Part shown: positions 33,916 to 43,832 of the stretch, in pieces
Layout: each line of letters begins with the position of its first letter
Position numbering within the stretch: position 1 is the stretch's first letter
Virus record (IMG/VR): IMGVR_UViG_3300002641_001608
DNA: 64,000 bases
DNA from: a virus
Strand: one strand, 5' to 3'
The notes under the pieces: generated by a model
Told to the model about the DNA's origin: nothing
What the model saw: only the letters and a program-made list of their open reading frames with translations
Database searches by the model: none
Position numbers and translations under genes: made by a program

Positions 33916-36895
33916 TTGGATAGAAATTTTGAATTAAGTGATTATCAGAAAAATATAATAAATTTTGTTAGAAATCAACAAGGTAATTTATTAGTAGATG
34001 CAAAAGCAGGTAGTGGTAAAACATCAACATTAATTATGATAGCAGATGAATTAACAGCTAAGGGAAATAAATGTCTTTTCTTAGCCTTTAATAAACACAT
34101 AGTAGAGGAGTTACAACAGAAAATAAAAAGTCCTGATTGTTTAATTAAAACTGTGCACAGTTTAGGATACACATTTATTAGGTCATATTTATACAAGAAG
34201 CATAATACTAATTATAATTTAGAAGTAGATACATCTAAGTTAAGAAATCTTGTTAAGGAATATTATGATAAATATTTTAGACCTAGAGTAGACTTATATA
34301 ATGCAACAGGTGTGTGGGATGAAGCTGATTTAGATTTGTTAAAATCATCTCAACTAGAAATAGAGATGTCTACAAAAAAGTTGGACACAGATGAATTAAA
34401 GGAATTACATAATGATTTGATATCGGATTTTGTGGGTTTATGTAATTTCTGTAGATTGTATAATGTTAATTATAAAATGGATGGTGCATTAGAAGGACTT
34501 GTTGATAAATTTTGTTGGCATTTGGAACAATATATATCAGATGTTTTATCCGATTATCAAGATTTAGTGATAGCTGTTATTGATAAAACTAAAGAATTAT
34601 TTGAAAATCCAGAGGTAGGACCAGATGGTACACCTCATTATTTAGTTGATTATACAGATATGATATATTTTCCAGTTTATTATGATATGAGTGTGCCATA
34701 TAGTATAAAGAGTTTTTTAGATACAATTATGGTTGATGAATGTATTCCAGCAACACATTTCGTAGAAACTGAAAATGGTAAAATGATATTTAGAGAGTTA
34801 AAAAGAAGGGTTGACAAAGGAGAGCAAATTAAAGTTAAAACATTTAATGAGAGTACAAAACAATTTGAGTATAAAGATGTTATAAGTGTTATGGATAAAG
34901 GTGTTAAACCTGTATATGAAATTATTACGAGTGGTTTAAATAAGATACAAGCAACAGATAATCATCCTTTTATGACACAGAACGGCTGGAAACAATTAAA
35001 AGATTTAATTATCGGAAAAGATTATTTATATTTGGATAAACCAACCAATCAAAAAACTAAATACATTCCTAATGATGACCAACTGCAGCTTATATTAGGT
35101 TCTGCATTAGGTGATGGTTCATTACAAAAAGTAAGTGACAATGATTACGAATTTAGAATTAAATTTACACATAGTGATAAACAAATAAATTATCTAAAAT
35201 TTAAACAAAAATTGTTAGGTTGTAAAGAACCTTACATCTTAAAAAGTGGATATACACAGAAAAATAATATTTTTACAACTAGCTCAAAAGTATTTTTATT
35301 ACCATATAAATCTAAAATTGATTTTATAAAACATTTAGATTTAAGGGGTTTAGCAATTTTATATATGGATGATGGTAGTAAAATATCTAAAAGTGAATAT
35401 AATGGTACACGTATTAGTTGTAATAGTTTCACTTTAGAGGAGACCAATGCTTTAATTAATAAACTTAAAGAGTTTGGTGTAAATAGCACGAATATTCCAC
35501 ATAAAGGTAGTACTAAAACGTATAATGAGTTACATATTAATAGTGAAAATACTGAAATATTTTTCAAAAAAATTGCACCATATATGCATTTTGATTGTTA
35601 TTATAAAAATCCATTATCAACAGGAGATTATAGTTGGAATAGTAATTGGAATTCTTTTGGAGGCAATATAGTAAAATCTATAAAATATGTTGGAGAACAA
35701 AAAGTGTTAGATATGGAAGTTAAAGATAACCATAACTTTTTAATATCTAAGTGTAATCAAAAAGGTGGCTCGTCTATTCTGGTACATAATTGTCAGGATT
35801 TAAGCATTTTACAACAAAAGTTTGTACAAAAACTTAGAACTAATTTTAACAGGTTTATATTTGTTGGTGATAAATATCAATCAATTTATCGGTTTTGCTG
35901 GTGCTGATACTCACGCATTGGAAAAATTAGATGAAACATTTATATTACAACACCTTCCATTAAATATTTGTTATAGATGTCCTGAGAATGTAATAAGAAT
36001 AGCACAGGATATTGTTCCAACAATAGAGTGGAATACAAACAGACCAGATAAAGGTGTAGTTGAGTTTGTAGATATGCAATATGTTTATAAAAATATAAAG
36101 CCAAATGAAGTTTTAGTTGGGCGTAAAAATAAAGATTTAGTGCAAATTTATAGAAAATTTGTATTAGATTTAAAAAAGCCTGTGAAATTTAGGAATAGAG
36201 AACTTGTAAACACATTGGTTAATAATATAGAAAAAGTAATGGTTGAATATATGAAATTGTACTCTAAAGGACTAAATATAGATAAACCATTGGAGGAACA
36301 TATGGCTCAGTTTATTCAAGATACTGGATATACAAAAGGAACAGAACTTTATGATAAAGAGTACGAAGATTTTGTTAAAAAATTAAGGGATGAAAATACA
36401 GGAAAGTCAGATAGAGTTGCAAGGTCAAATAAAACTGTATCATATCTAGTTAAATGTATGAAAGAATATAAGGAACTAGGAGCATATGGCAAGGAACAGG
36501 ATGACCAATTAACAGAATTTTATGATATCATAATGGACTTTATAAATGAATTCAATAAGGTTTCATCAAAAATCTTAGTGGAGGATTTGAAGTTCTATAT
36601 TAAATCATTTTTGTCTGGCTCAATGTATGATAATGTTCCTATTATTAGTAGTGTACATTCTATGAAAGGTGGAGAAGCAGATACATTATATATTTATAAT
36701 TATCCAGCATTTCCATATAAGATAGGAAGACATATGAGTAGTGATGATGAACAGCAAGAGTTAAATCTTCAGTATGTTGCAATAACTAGAGCCAAGAAGA
36801 ATTTGTATTTAGTTAAATTGGATGATGACGATGAAAGATGTATGAAAATGGATTTAGAATGCAAGGCTAAAATAGATTATCTATTAAATAAATAA
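33916..36895 (+). CDS. UvrD/PcrA-like superfamily 1 helicase with intein, one +1 shift at CGG 35890
   Basis: LVDAKAGSGKTSTLIMIAD; VDE/CQDLSILQQKF; GDKYQSIY-(C)-GFAGADTHALEKLD; SMKGGEADTLYIYN; TTG start at 33916 after GGGAG is plausible (upstream in-frame ATG at 33874). Confidence 0.85.
34741..35790 (+). mobile_element. intein with LAGLIDADG-type endonuclease in helicase motif II
   Basis: Starts Cys (CIPATHFVETENGKMI) and ends ILVHN before Cys; LGSALGDGSL and LAILYMDDGSK. Confidence 0.88.
35890..35892 (+). other. in-frame CGG +1 shift site (UAU CGG U)
   Basis: Restores QSIYGFAGA helicase motif. Confidence 0.95.
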
Positions 36896-36975
36896 AAAAT
36901 TTAATTAATTGAATAAAATTTAAGTGGTAAATGAGGTATATTATATTAGAGGGTATGTGATAGGAGGAATATAAT

Positions 36976-38049
36976 ATGAAAATCTTACTTTACAGTGATG
37001 TGCATATAAGTAAGACCAGCTCAATTTTACCACTTAATTTTTTGTCTTCAAAATTTTCATTTAGACAAAATATGATAATTGAGACTGGTAAATATTTAGC
37101 AAATTTGGCTGATGAATATAAAGTTGATATGATTATTAACTTAGGGGACACTTTTGATGTGCACACAGTTACTAGTTATGATATAGTTACTGCTAGTGAA
37201 TTTTTTAAGTGTTTTAGATATTTGAGCGTACCACATCTTGTAATCGTTGGAAATCACGAAATGATAAATAGTGATTTTAATGCAGTAGAGATATTAAGTA
37301 ATATAGATAATATTACAGTTATAGATGAACCTTGTAGAACAGGTGTATCTACACTTTTAAAAGCTGATGGTTCAGAACCAATTAACTTAGCTTTTTTACC
37401 ATACTGCAACTATAAAGATATAATAGAATTTCCTGAAGGAGATTTCTTATTTAGTCACCAAGACATACAAGGAAGTGTTATAAGAGGGGTAACTACATTA
37501 ACAGATGGTATTGCTACAGATGCACTAAAACAGTATAAGTTAGTATTTAATGGACACATACATAAGCCAAGTATAATGGGTAATGTAGTTAATGTTGGTA
37601 GTGTTACAACACATAGTTTTGCAGATGATGAGTTGGCTGTGCCACAATGTTATATATTTGATACAACTAATTTAAACTTAACAACATTTAAGCCAACTAT
37701 ATGTCCTTTATTTAGAAAACTTGAAATTAATAATACACAGGAATTATTAAGTAAGTTAAGTAACCTAGATAAAAATTATAAATATATAATTAATTGCGTG
37801 TGTCCTTTTGATATTAAAGAAGATGTTAAACAAATTTTAATAAATAGTGATGTAGTATTAAATCATAGGATAAATACTAAAGTTGATGCAAATGAGGATA
37901 GGGATAAAAAAGATGATATGATTTTACAACAATCTAATTTAGATATTAAGAAGGCATTTAAAGAATTTTTAAATACAGTAGAGTTAAAATATCCTAAAGA
38001 ACTATATCTAAATATTATAGAGGAGGTGAATAATAATGTCAAAGAATGA
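36976..38049 (+). CDS. sbcD: SbcD/Mre11-like nuclease (gp47-like)
   Basis: LLYSDVHISKTSS...IINLGDTFDVH...IVGNHEM...NGHIHKPS. Confidence 0.85.
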   Translation: MKILLYSDVHISKTSSILPLNFLSSKFSFRQNMIIETGKYLANLADEYKVDMIINLGDTFDVHTVTSYDIVTASEFFKCFRYLSVPHLVIVGNHEMINSDFNAVEILSNIDNITVIDEPCRTGVSTLLKADGSEPINLAFLPYCNYKDIIEFPEGDFLFSHQDIQGSVIRGVTTLTDGIATDALKQYKLVFNGHIHKPSIMGNVVNVGSVTTHSFADDELAVPQCYIFDTTNLNLTTFKPTICPLFRKLEINNTQELLSKLSNLDKNYKYIINCVCPFDIKEDVKQILINSDVVLNHRINTKVDANEDRDKKDDMILQQSNLDIKKAFKEFLNTVELKYPKELYLNIIEEVNNNVKE

Positions 38050-38450
38050 TAAATTTCCAGATTTAACAGATGTATCACCTTATAAGCTTGATGATATACC
38101 AGTACAGAAAAAGCTGTCAGATGAATTACAATATAAAATAGAAGAACATCGGTAATTTATGTAATGCTCTAAAACATCTATATGCAACAAAAAATGCAGA
38201 TTATGGTGACAGTATGCATCCATTATTTAATGAGTATGGTTTGACAGCTTTTTTGGTTTTATTTGAAATTAAAATAAATAGAATAAAATCATTAAAAGAT
38301 AAGAGTGAAAGAAATTATGAAAGCTTAGAAGATAGTTTAGCAGACCTTGCAAATTATGCACTGATTGCTATAACAGAAATAAGAGCAAAAAAACATTTTG
38401 AACAAGAGAAAGCACTCAAAGAATATGAAGATGCAAATTGGGGGAAGTAG
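38036..38450 (+). CDS. DUF1599/Nmad1-like protein, one +1 shift at CGG 38150
   Basis: MSKNDKFPDLTDVSPYKLDDIPVQKKLSDELQYKIEEH-(C)-GNLCNALKHLYATKNADYGDSMHPLFNEYG... Confidence 0.65.
38150..38152 (+). other. in-frame CGG +1 shift site (CAU CGG U)
   Basis: CGG followed directly by in-frame TAA. Confidence 0.9.
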
Positions 38451-38453
38451 TGT

Positions 38454-40406
38454 ATGAATATAAGGTTTGATAGAATTGATATAGAAAATTTTAGAAGTAT
38501 TCAACGTGCAAATATCTGCTTGTCTAATCAAGGCACTGTTATTGTTAAAGGTATTAATGAATATGAAGATAAAGCTACAAGTAATGGTAGTGGAAAATCA
38601 AGTGTATTTGAAGCTATAGTATTTGCTTTATTTGAAGAAACATCAGCAGGAGAGAAGGATGTAGCTAATCGTATAATAAATAATGGATATAGTGTAACAT
38701 TATATTTTAGTATAGATGGAGACAATTATGTTATATCGAGGACATCATCTGGAAGTAAATCAACAGTAATAATACATAAGAATGATATAGATATATCAGC
38801 TCGAAATAAGACAGATACAAATAAGCTGATACTAGAAATATTAGGTATAAATAAAAGTATATTTTTGGATAGTATCTTTTTATCACAAAATGCTAATACA
38901 AATTTAGCATCATTAACACCCACAGCTAGAAAAGAAAGATTAGAAATATTAACCAACACAGATTATACCATAAATAAATTTAAGGAAGAATTGAAGCAGT
39001 TACAGGTTCAATATGAAGCAAATTGTATACAAGCTCAAATGGAAATAACAAAGTTACACGGTAAAGTAGAAAGTTTAAATAAGCAAGAAATAGATTTAAA
39101 TAAGAAAATAGATGATATAAATAGGGAGAACGAGAGATTATTAGGCTTAGGTAATATAAATGATATTGAAGCTGAAATAAATTCAACAGAAAGTAATTTA
39201 GAAAGTGTTAAACAATTATTAATAGATTATGATAATAAAATTAGTTTGATAGATGATGAAATAGTAAAGATAAGAAATGAAGAAGATGAAATCAATAAAA
39301 AATTGTTAGAATATGAAAAGGAAAACAGTATTATCCAACAACAATATAACGAACATAGTAGTAATATAAGTCAACAACATACAATGATAAATATGAAAAA
39401 CCAATCTATAGCTAAAAATGAAAAATCAATTGAAAATATTAAGAATAGTGATAAATGTCCAACTTGTGGTAGAAAATATGAAGATATTAATGAAGAACAT
39501 ATACAAGCAACAATTGCTGAATTTCAAGTCGAAATTAATAAATTGTTAGATGAAATTGAAGAACATAAAGGAATAATTTTAGATGAACAGTCTAAACAAG
39601 AGGATTTAAAAGTAAATCAGATGTCTTTGAGTGATGCTATGGGTGATATACAACAGAAGTTGAATGATGTTAAAGTTAGAGTAGCTGAGCAAAATAATAT
39701 AAAATCCCAATTAAACAAGGATAAGATGTTACAACAACAAACACAAAATACCCTACAGAACAGTTTAACATCATTAAGAATACGTAAAGATGAAATTCTA
39801 AAATCTCAAAAGGTAAGTACTGAAGAATTTACAAAAATGATAGAGGATATACATAAACAATTAATAGCTATTGCAGAAGAACAAGCCAAATATCAAGAAG
39901 AATATAATAAAAACAATAGTTATATAGATGTGATAAAGAGCTGTATACAAATGGTTACAAAGGAATTCAGAACATATCTGTTACAAAATAGTATACAGTA
40001 TTTAAATAAATTATTGAATATGTATTCCAAATCATTATTTAGCAATAGTAGAGATATAATTATGATTAGTGGCGACGATGCTAAATTAGATATAAAATTA
40101 GGTGATGCTTCATATGAAAGTCTTAGTGGTGGAGAACGTACAAGAGTAAATATAGCATTACTGCTAGCACAAAAATCACTAGCCAATATAGTAGGTAACA
40201 TTAGTTGTAATATTATAATACTAGATGAAATATTAGGATATTGTGATAGTCAAGCTGAGGAGAATGTAATTGAATTAATATCAAAAGAATTAGAAAATTT
40301 GGAAAGTATTTATATGGTAAGTCATAAAGAAATACCGATTGGGTATGATACTCAGTTGGTTATCGTAAAGGACAAAGATGGATTAAGTCGAGTTAGAGAA
40401 TATTAA
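38454..40406 (+). CDS. sbcC: SbcC/Rad50-like ATPase (gp46-like)
   Basis: NGSGKSSVFEAIVFALFEE; CPTCGRKYE; SLSGGERTRVNIALLLAQKSLA; LDEILGYCD. Confidence 0.9.
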   Translation: MNIRFDRIDIENFRSIQRANICLSNQGTVIVKGINEYEDKATSNGSGKSSVFEAIVFALFEETSAGEKDVANRIINNGYSVTLYFSIDGDNYVISRTSSGSKSTVIIHKNDIDISARNKTDTNKLILEILGINKSIFLDSIFLSQNANTNLASLTPTARKERLEILTNTDYTINKFKEELKQLQVQYEANCIQAQMEITKLHGKVESLNKQEIDLNKKIDDINRENERLLGLGNINDIEAEINSTESNLESVKQLLIDYDNKISLIDDEIVKIRNEEDEINKKLLEYEKENSIIQQQYNEHSSNISQQHTMINMKNQSIAKNEKSIENIKNSDKCPTCGRKYEDINEEHIQATIAEFQVEINKLLDEIEEHKGIILDEQSKQEDLKVNQMSLSDAMGDIQQKLNDVKVRVAEQNNIKSQLNKDKMLQQQTQNTLQNSLTSLRIRKDEILKSQKVSTEEFTKMIEDIHKQLIAIAEEQAKYQEEYNKNNSYIDVIKSCIQMVTKEFRTYLLQNSIQYLNKLLNMYSKSLFSNSRDIIMISGDDAKLDIKLGDASYESLSGGERTRVNIALLLAQKSLANIVGNISCNIIILDEILGYCDSQAEENVIELISKELENLESIYMVSHKEIPIGYDTQLVIVKDKDGLSRVREY

Positions 40407-40407
40407 A

Positions 40408-40641
40408 GTGTTAAGGAGAGTGAACTGTTTGGATAAAAATTTTATGTGGCTTGTTCTAGTACAGCTATTAATTATAGCAATTATAGTTATTATTAAGGTT
40501 ATATTAAATTATTATGAGCAAAAGAAGATAGATAAAATTTTAAATTATTTCGATAAAAGAGCAAAAGAAAATGAAACTGAAAAACAATTTAAAATGTGTT
40601 TAGAAATGTTAAGACAAAATAGAAGTAAAGTAGAAAGGTAG
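40408..40641 (+). CDS. small membrane protein
   Basis: FMWLVLVQLLIIAIIVIIKVILNYY. Confidence 0.5.
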   Translation: MLRRVNCLDKNFMWLVLVQLLIIAIIVIIKVILNYYEQKKIDKILNYFDKRAKENETEKQFKMCLEMLRQNRSKVER

Positions 40642-40649
40642 AGATTGTA

Positions 40650-41109
40650 ATGATTAGATTTGAGTTTACAGGAATTTTAAAAGAAGCAAGTGAGGGTGGT
40701 CCATATAGAAGATTACCAGAAAGAAGCACAAAGGCAAGTGGGGGTTATGACTTCTATAACCCAGAAAAAGTAGAGATAGAACCTCATACAATGAAGTTAG
40801 TTAAGACAGGGATTAAAGCACAATTTCCAGAAGATATGACATTAAAGTTATATAATAGAAGTTCTAACCCTAAAAAGAAAGGTGTATTTTTAGCAAATGG
40901 TGTTGGAGTTGTAGATGCAGATTATTATGAAAATTCTGATAATGATGGTGAAATTGGATTTATGTTTTACAATTTCACGGATAATACAACAGTATTTGAA
41001 GCAGGAGATAAATTAGGACAAGGTATATTTGAAAAGTATTATACTGTAACTGATGAAGATGAAATAACAACTGAGAGAACTGGACGGTTTTGGTAGCACT
41101 GGAAATTAA
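40650..41109 (+). CDS. dut: dUTPase, one +1 shift at CGG 41085
   Basis: VEPHTMKLVKTGIKAQFP-type core; YRSS..NG VGVVDADYY; C-terminus ERTG-(C)-GFGSTGN restores motif V. Confidence 0.9.
41085..41087 (+). other. in-frame CGG +1 shift site (GGA CGG U)
   Basis: Restores dUTPase GGFGSTG. Confidence 0.96.
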
Positions 41110-41121
41110 TGAGGTGATATT

Positions 41122-41745
41122 ATGGATGAAAATATAAAATTGAAAAAGCCGTACCCACTTTGGAAATTGGAGTATGAAGAAATTGAAAGCCGAGGAGAAG
41201 CTGTAGGTACATATAATGTGTGTGTAAAAGTTGATAAATATACAGATTGGATTGAGTTATATAGTACATTTTCTGAACCTTGGGCTAAAATAGCTTTAAA
41301 AAGATTACAGGATATATTTGATATATATGTATTTAAATGGTTAACTACAGAAGAAAATAATCCAGCTATGTTTGAAGTAAACGACCAAGTGTATAAAACA
41401 ACATATGTATTTCCTTATCAAAGTTGTATTTGTGGTAAGCAGATTGAAGGAAATCATAGATATGGAGAATTTAGAGTTGATGATATAAAATTTGATTATG
41501 TTAGGGACTTGATATTTTTTTATAAAAAAGGTACAGTATTAGTAAAGTGCAATCAAGTATTTTTAGATGGGGAACTTATTATGACAAGTAAATTATTAAG
41601 TGATGTGTGTAGTATGATAGGACAAAATGTAGATTTATTAGATAGTGACCCATCCAAATTAATTAAATATATTAAAGATAGATACAATGATGTTAATGAA
41701 TATACTTGTGAGGGTTATAGTGCATATAATTTACAAGAAAATTAG
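41122..41745 (+). CDS. hypothetical protein
   Basis: 207-aa ORF. Confidence 0.6.
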   Translation: MDENIKLKKPYPLWKLEYEEIESRGEAVGTYNVCVKVDKYTDWIELYSTFSEPWAKIALKRLQDIFDIYVFKWLTTEENNPAMFEVNDQVYKTTYVFPYQSCICGKQIEGNHRYGEFRVDDIKFDYVRDLIFFYKKGTVLVKCNQVFLDGELIMTSKLLSDVCSMIGQNVDLLDSDPSKLIKYIKDRYNDVNEYTCEGYSAYNLQEN

Positions 41746-41758
41746 TAGGGGGTTTATT

Positions 41759-42070
41759 ATGGCAAAAGTTACATTTGAATTTGATGATATAGAGGATAAT
41801 GATGATGTGAAATTGGTTGTAGATAGACATAAATTAATATGTCTAATATATGATATACAAGATTTATATAGAAGAATATATAATGGAAAATTAAATGATG
41901 ATGAGTATATAACAGTAAAAGATGGTAAAGTTTTAACTGAAGATGATTATAAAAAATTTCAAGATGCAGGAGAATATCCTGTAAAAGATACTAAGGAATA
42001 TATAGATAGTGATTTTATAGAAAATGAATTAGGTAGAGCATTAGATAATGTACAACATTTAATAGATTAG
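41759..42070 (+). CDS. hypothetical acidic protein
   Basis: ORF; start chosen at MAKVTFEF. Confidence 0.5.
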   Translation: MAKVTFEFDDIEDNDDVKLVVDRHKLICLIYDIQDLYRRIYNGKLNDDEYITVKDGKVLTEDDYKKFQDAGEYPVKDTKEYIDSDFIENELGRALDNVQHLID

Positions 42071-42083
42071 GAGGAATTATATT

Positions 42084-42560
42084 ATGGGTTTAGTTAGTTT
42101 TGCAGAAAATGAACTGAAATTATTAGAAGATATATGTAAAAATGATGAGGAAGCTCTTAATATGCAAAAAACTGTAACAAAGGATGTTATGCAAATTGTG
42201 CAAATATTCACAGAGCAAGCACATAGTGGATTTTCAAGTGCATATATTTTAGATTTATTAGAACGTTTATTACGATATAAACCATTAACACCTTTAACAG
42301 GTGATGATGATGAATGGGAAGATTGTTCTCAGTTTGGTATAAATGATTTACAAAATAAAAGATGCCCTGCAGTTTTTAAAAGACCAGATGGTACAGCATA
42401 TTGGGTTGAGGGAAAAATATTCTCAGATGATGGTGGTAAGAGTTGGTATACAAGTGCTGACAGTCACGTTGATATACAATTTCCATTTAGTGTGCCTTTA
42501 CATAGTGAGAACATATATGTAGAGCCATCATCAAAGGAGGTAGTTGATGAAGAAAAATGA
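42084..42560 (+). CDS. hypothetical protein
   Basis: ORF with RBS. Confidence 0.6.
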   Translation: MGLVSFAENELKLLEDICKNDEEALNMQKTVTKDVMQIVQIFTEQAHSGFSSAYILDLLERLLRYKPLTPLTGDDDEWEDCSQFGINDLQNKRCPAVFKRPDGTAYWVEGKIFSDDGGKSWYTSADSHVDIQFPFSVPLHSENIYVEPSSKEVVDEEK

Positions 42561-42891
42561 TTTGGAAATTGTAATAGAAACTTTAAATGACCTTAAATTA
42601 ATTTCAAATAAATTAGATTATAATACATCAACAGCCATAAATAAAAGGTTAATGACAATAATACCTTTACTAGAAAAAGAATATGATAGGCTAGATACCG
42701 AGAAAATAAAAATTAATAGTCCCAAGATTATGTTAGTAAGTACACAGGATATAGAGGATACATCTATGTCTTTAACAGATTTTGTGAATAATCTAATGGA
42801 GGATTTAATAGAAAAAGGATATAAAATAATTGATTTTGGAGTAGCGACAAGTACTCCAACAATGATTATGTATATTAAATATACAGATTAA
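42544..42891 (+). CDS. hypothetical protein
   Basis: ORF. Confidence 0.55.
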   Translation: MMKKNDLEIVIETLNDLKLISNKLDYNTSTAINKRLMTIIPLLEKEYDRLDTEKIKINSPKIMLVSTQDIEDTSMSLTDFVNNLMEDLIEKGYKIIDFGVATSTPTMIMYIKYTD

Positions 42892-42930
42892 ATTAAGGTG
42901 TTTTGTGGGTAATTTAGAAAGGAGTAATAA

Positions 42931-43260
42931 ATGCAGTATTATATTAAAATTTTTAATAAAACAACAGGTGAACTTGTTGGATATTATAAAGAAACTGGTA
43001 TGACCTGTATAACTAAATTACCTAAAGGTATGAAGTATTTTAATAATAAAGCTGATGCTTTAGACAAAGTTTTAGATATGGATGAAGGATTTATACGAGA
43101 TAAAGATGGTAAATATTATGTGGGTCACGCAGTTGTATGCGGGGATAGCACACGAGAGCCATCTAAAAGTATTTATAGAAATAATAGATTGGAGGATGAT
43201 GATTATGAAAGTGCAATTGATGCCTTTATACGACAAAATCGTGGTAGAAATAGACGATAA
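42931..43260 (+). CDS. hypothetical protein
   Basis: ORF with RBS. Confidence 0.5.
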   Translation: MQYYIKIFNKTTGELVGYYKETGMTCITKLPKGMKYFNNKADALDKVLDMDEGFIRDKDGKYYVGHAVVCGDSTREPSKSIYRNNRLEDDDYESAIDAFIRQNRGRNRR

Positions 43261-43519
43261 GCAAGATATAAAATCTGCTACTGGTTTAACATATACTAAA
43301 GATATGAGTATATCTAAAAATACCACAATGGTAGGTAAAGTTGTTGCTGTAGGTGATGGTAGATTATTACAAGATGGTACAATAATACCTTTAGTTGTCA
43401 AAGTTGGAGATAGGGTAGTATATTCAAAAATGCAAGGTGAAAACTATAATGATGGTGAAAAAGATTATACAATATTATCAGAAAGTTGCATAATAGCTAT
43501 ATTAAAGGAAGAGGATTAA
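43205..43519 (+). CDS. groES: GroES-like co-chaperonin
   Basis: MPLYDKIVVEIDDK...GKVVAVGDGRLLQDGTIIPLVVKVGDRVVYSKMQG. Confidence 0.8.
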   Translation: MKVQLMPLYDKIVVEIDDKQDIKSATGLTYTKDMSISKNTTMVGKVVAVGDGRLLQDGTIIPLVVKVGDRVVYSKMQGENYNDGEKDYTILSESCIIAILKEED

Positions 43520-43520
43520 T

Positions 43521-43832
43521 ATGATGGAAATTACAAGTATAAGAATAAAGAAAAACCACAAACAAAATGGTGGTGTAATAGGAATTGCAAGTATTGGATT
43601 AGATAATTGTTTAATAATTCATAACATAAAGTTATTACAAAACAATGGTCAAAGGATGGTTGCATTTCCTAGTAGTAAAATTAAAAAATTTAGTTATAAA
43701 GATGGTAAATATGAAGAAAGATTTGAATATTCTGATTTAGTACATCCATCTAATACAGATTTTAGAAAATATATAGAAGATGAGTTATTTAAAGTATATG
43801 ATATGGAGGTAAGCAATGAGCAAAGAAATTAA
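43521..43832 (+). CDS. hypothetical protein
   Basis: ORF. Confidence 0.5.
   Translation: MMEITSIRIKKNHKQNGGVIGIASIGLDNCLIIHNIKLLQNNGQRMVAFPSSKIKKFSYKDGKYEERFEYSDLVHPSNTDFRKYIEDELFKVYDMEVSNEQRN

Noticed and set aside
43060-43260. Frameshift between 42931-43260 and the GroES ORF at 43082
   Set aside because: No CGG present; GroES has its own ATG at 43205 with GGAGG upstream, so these are overlapping genes.
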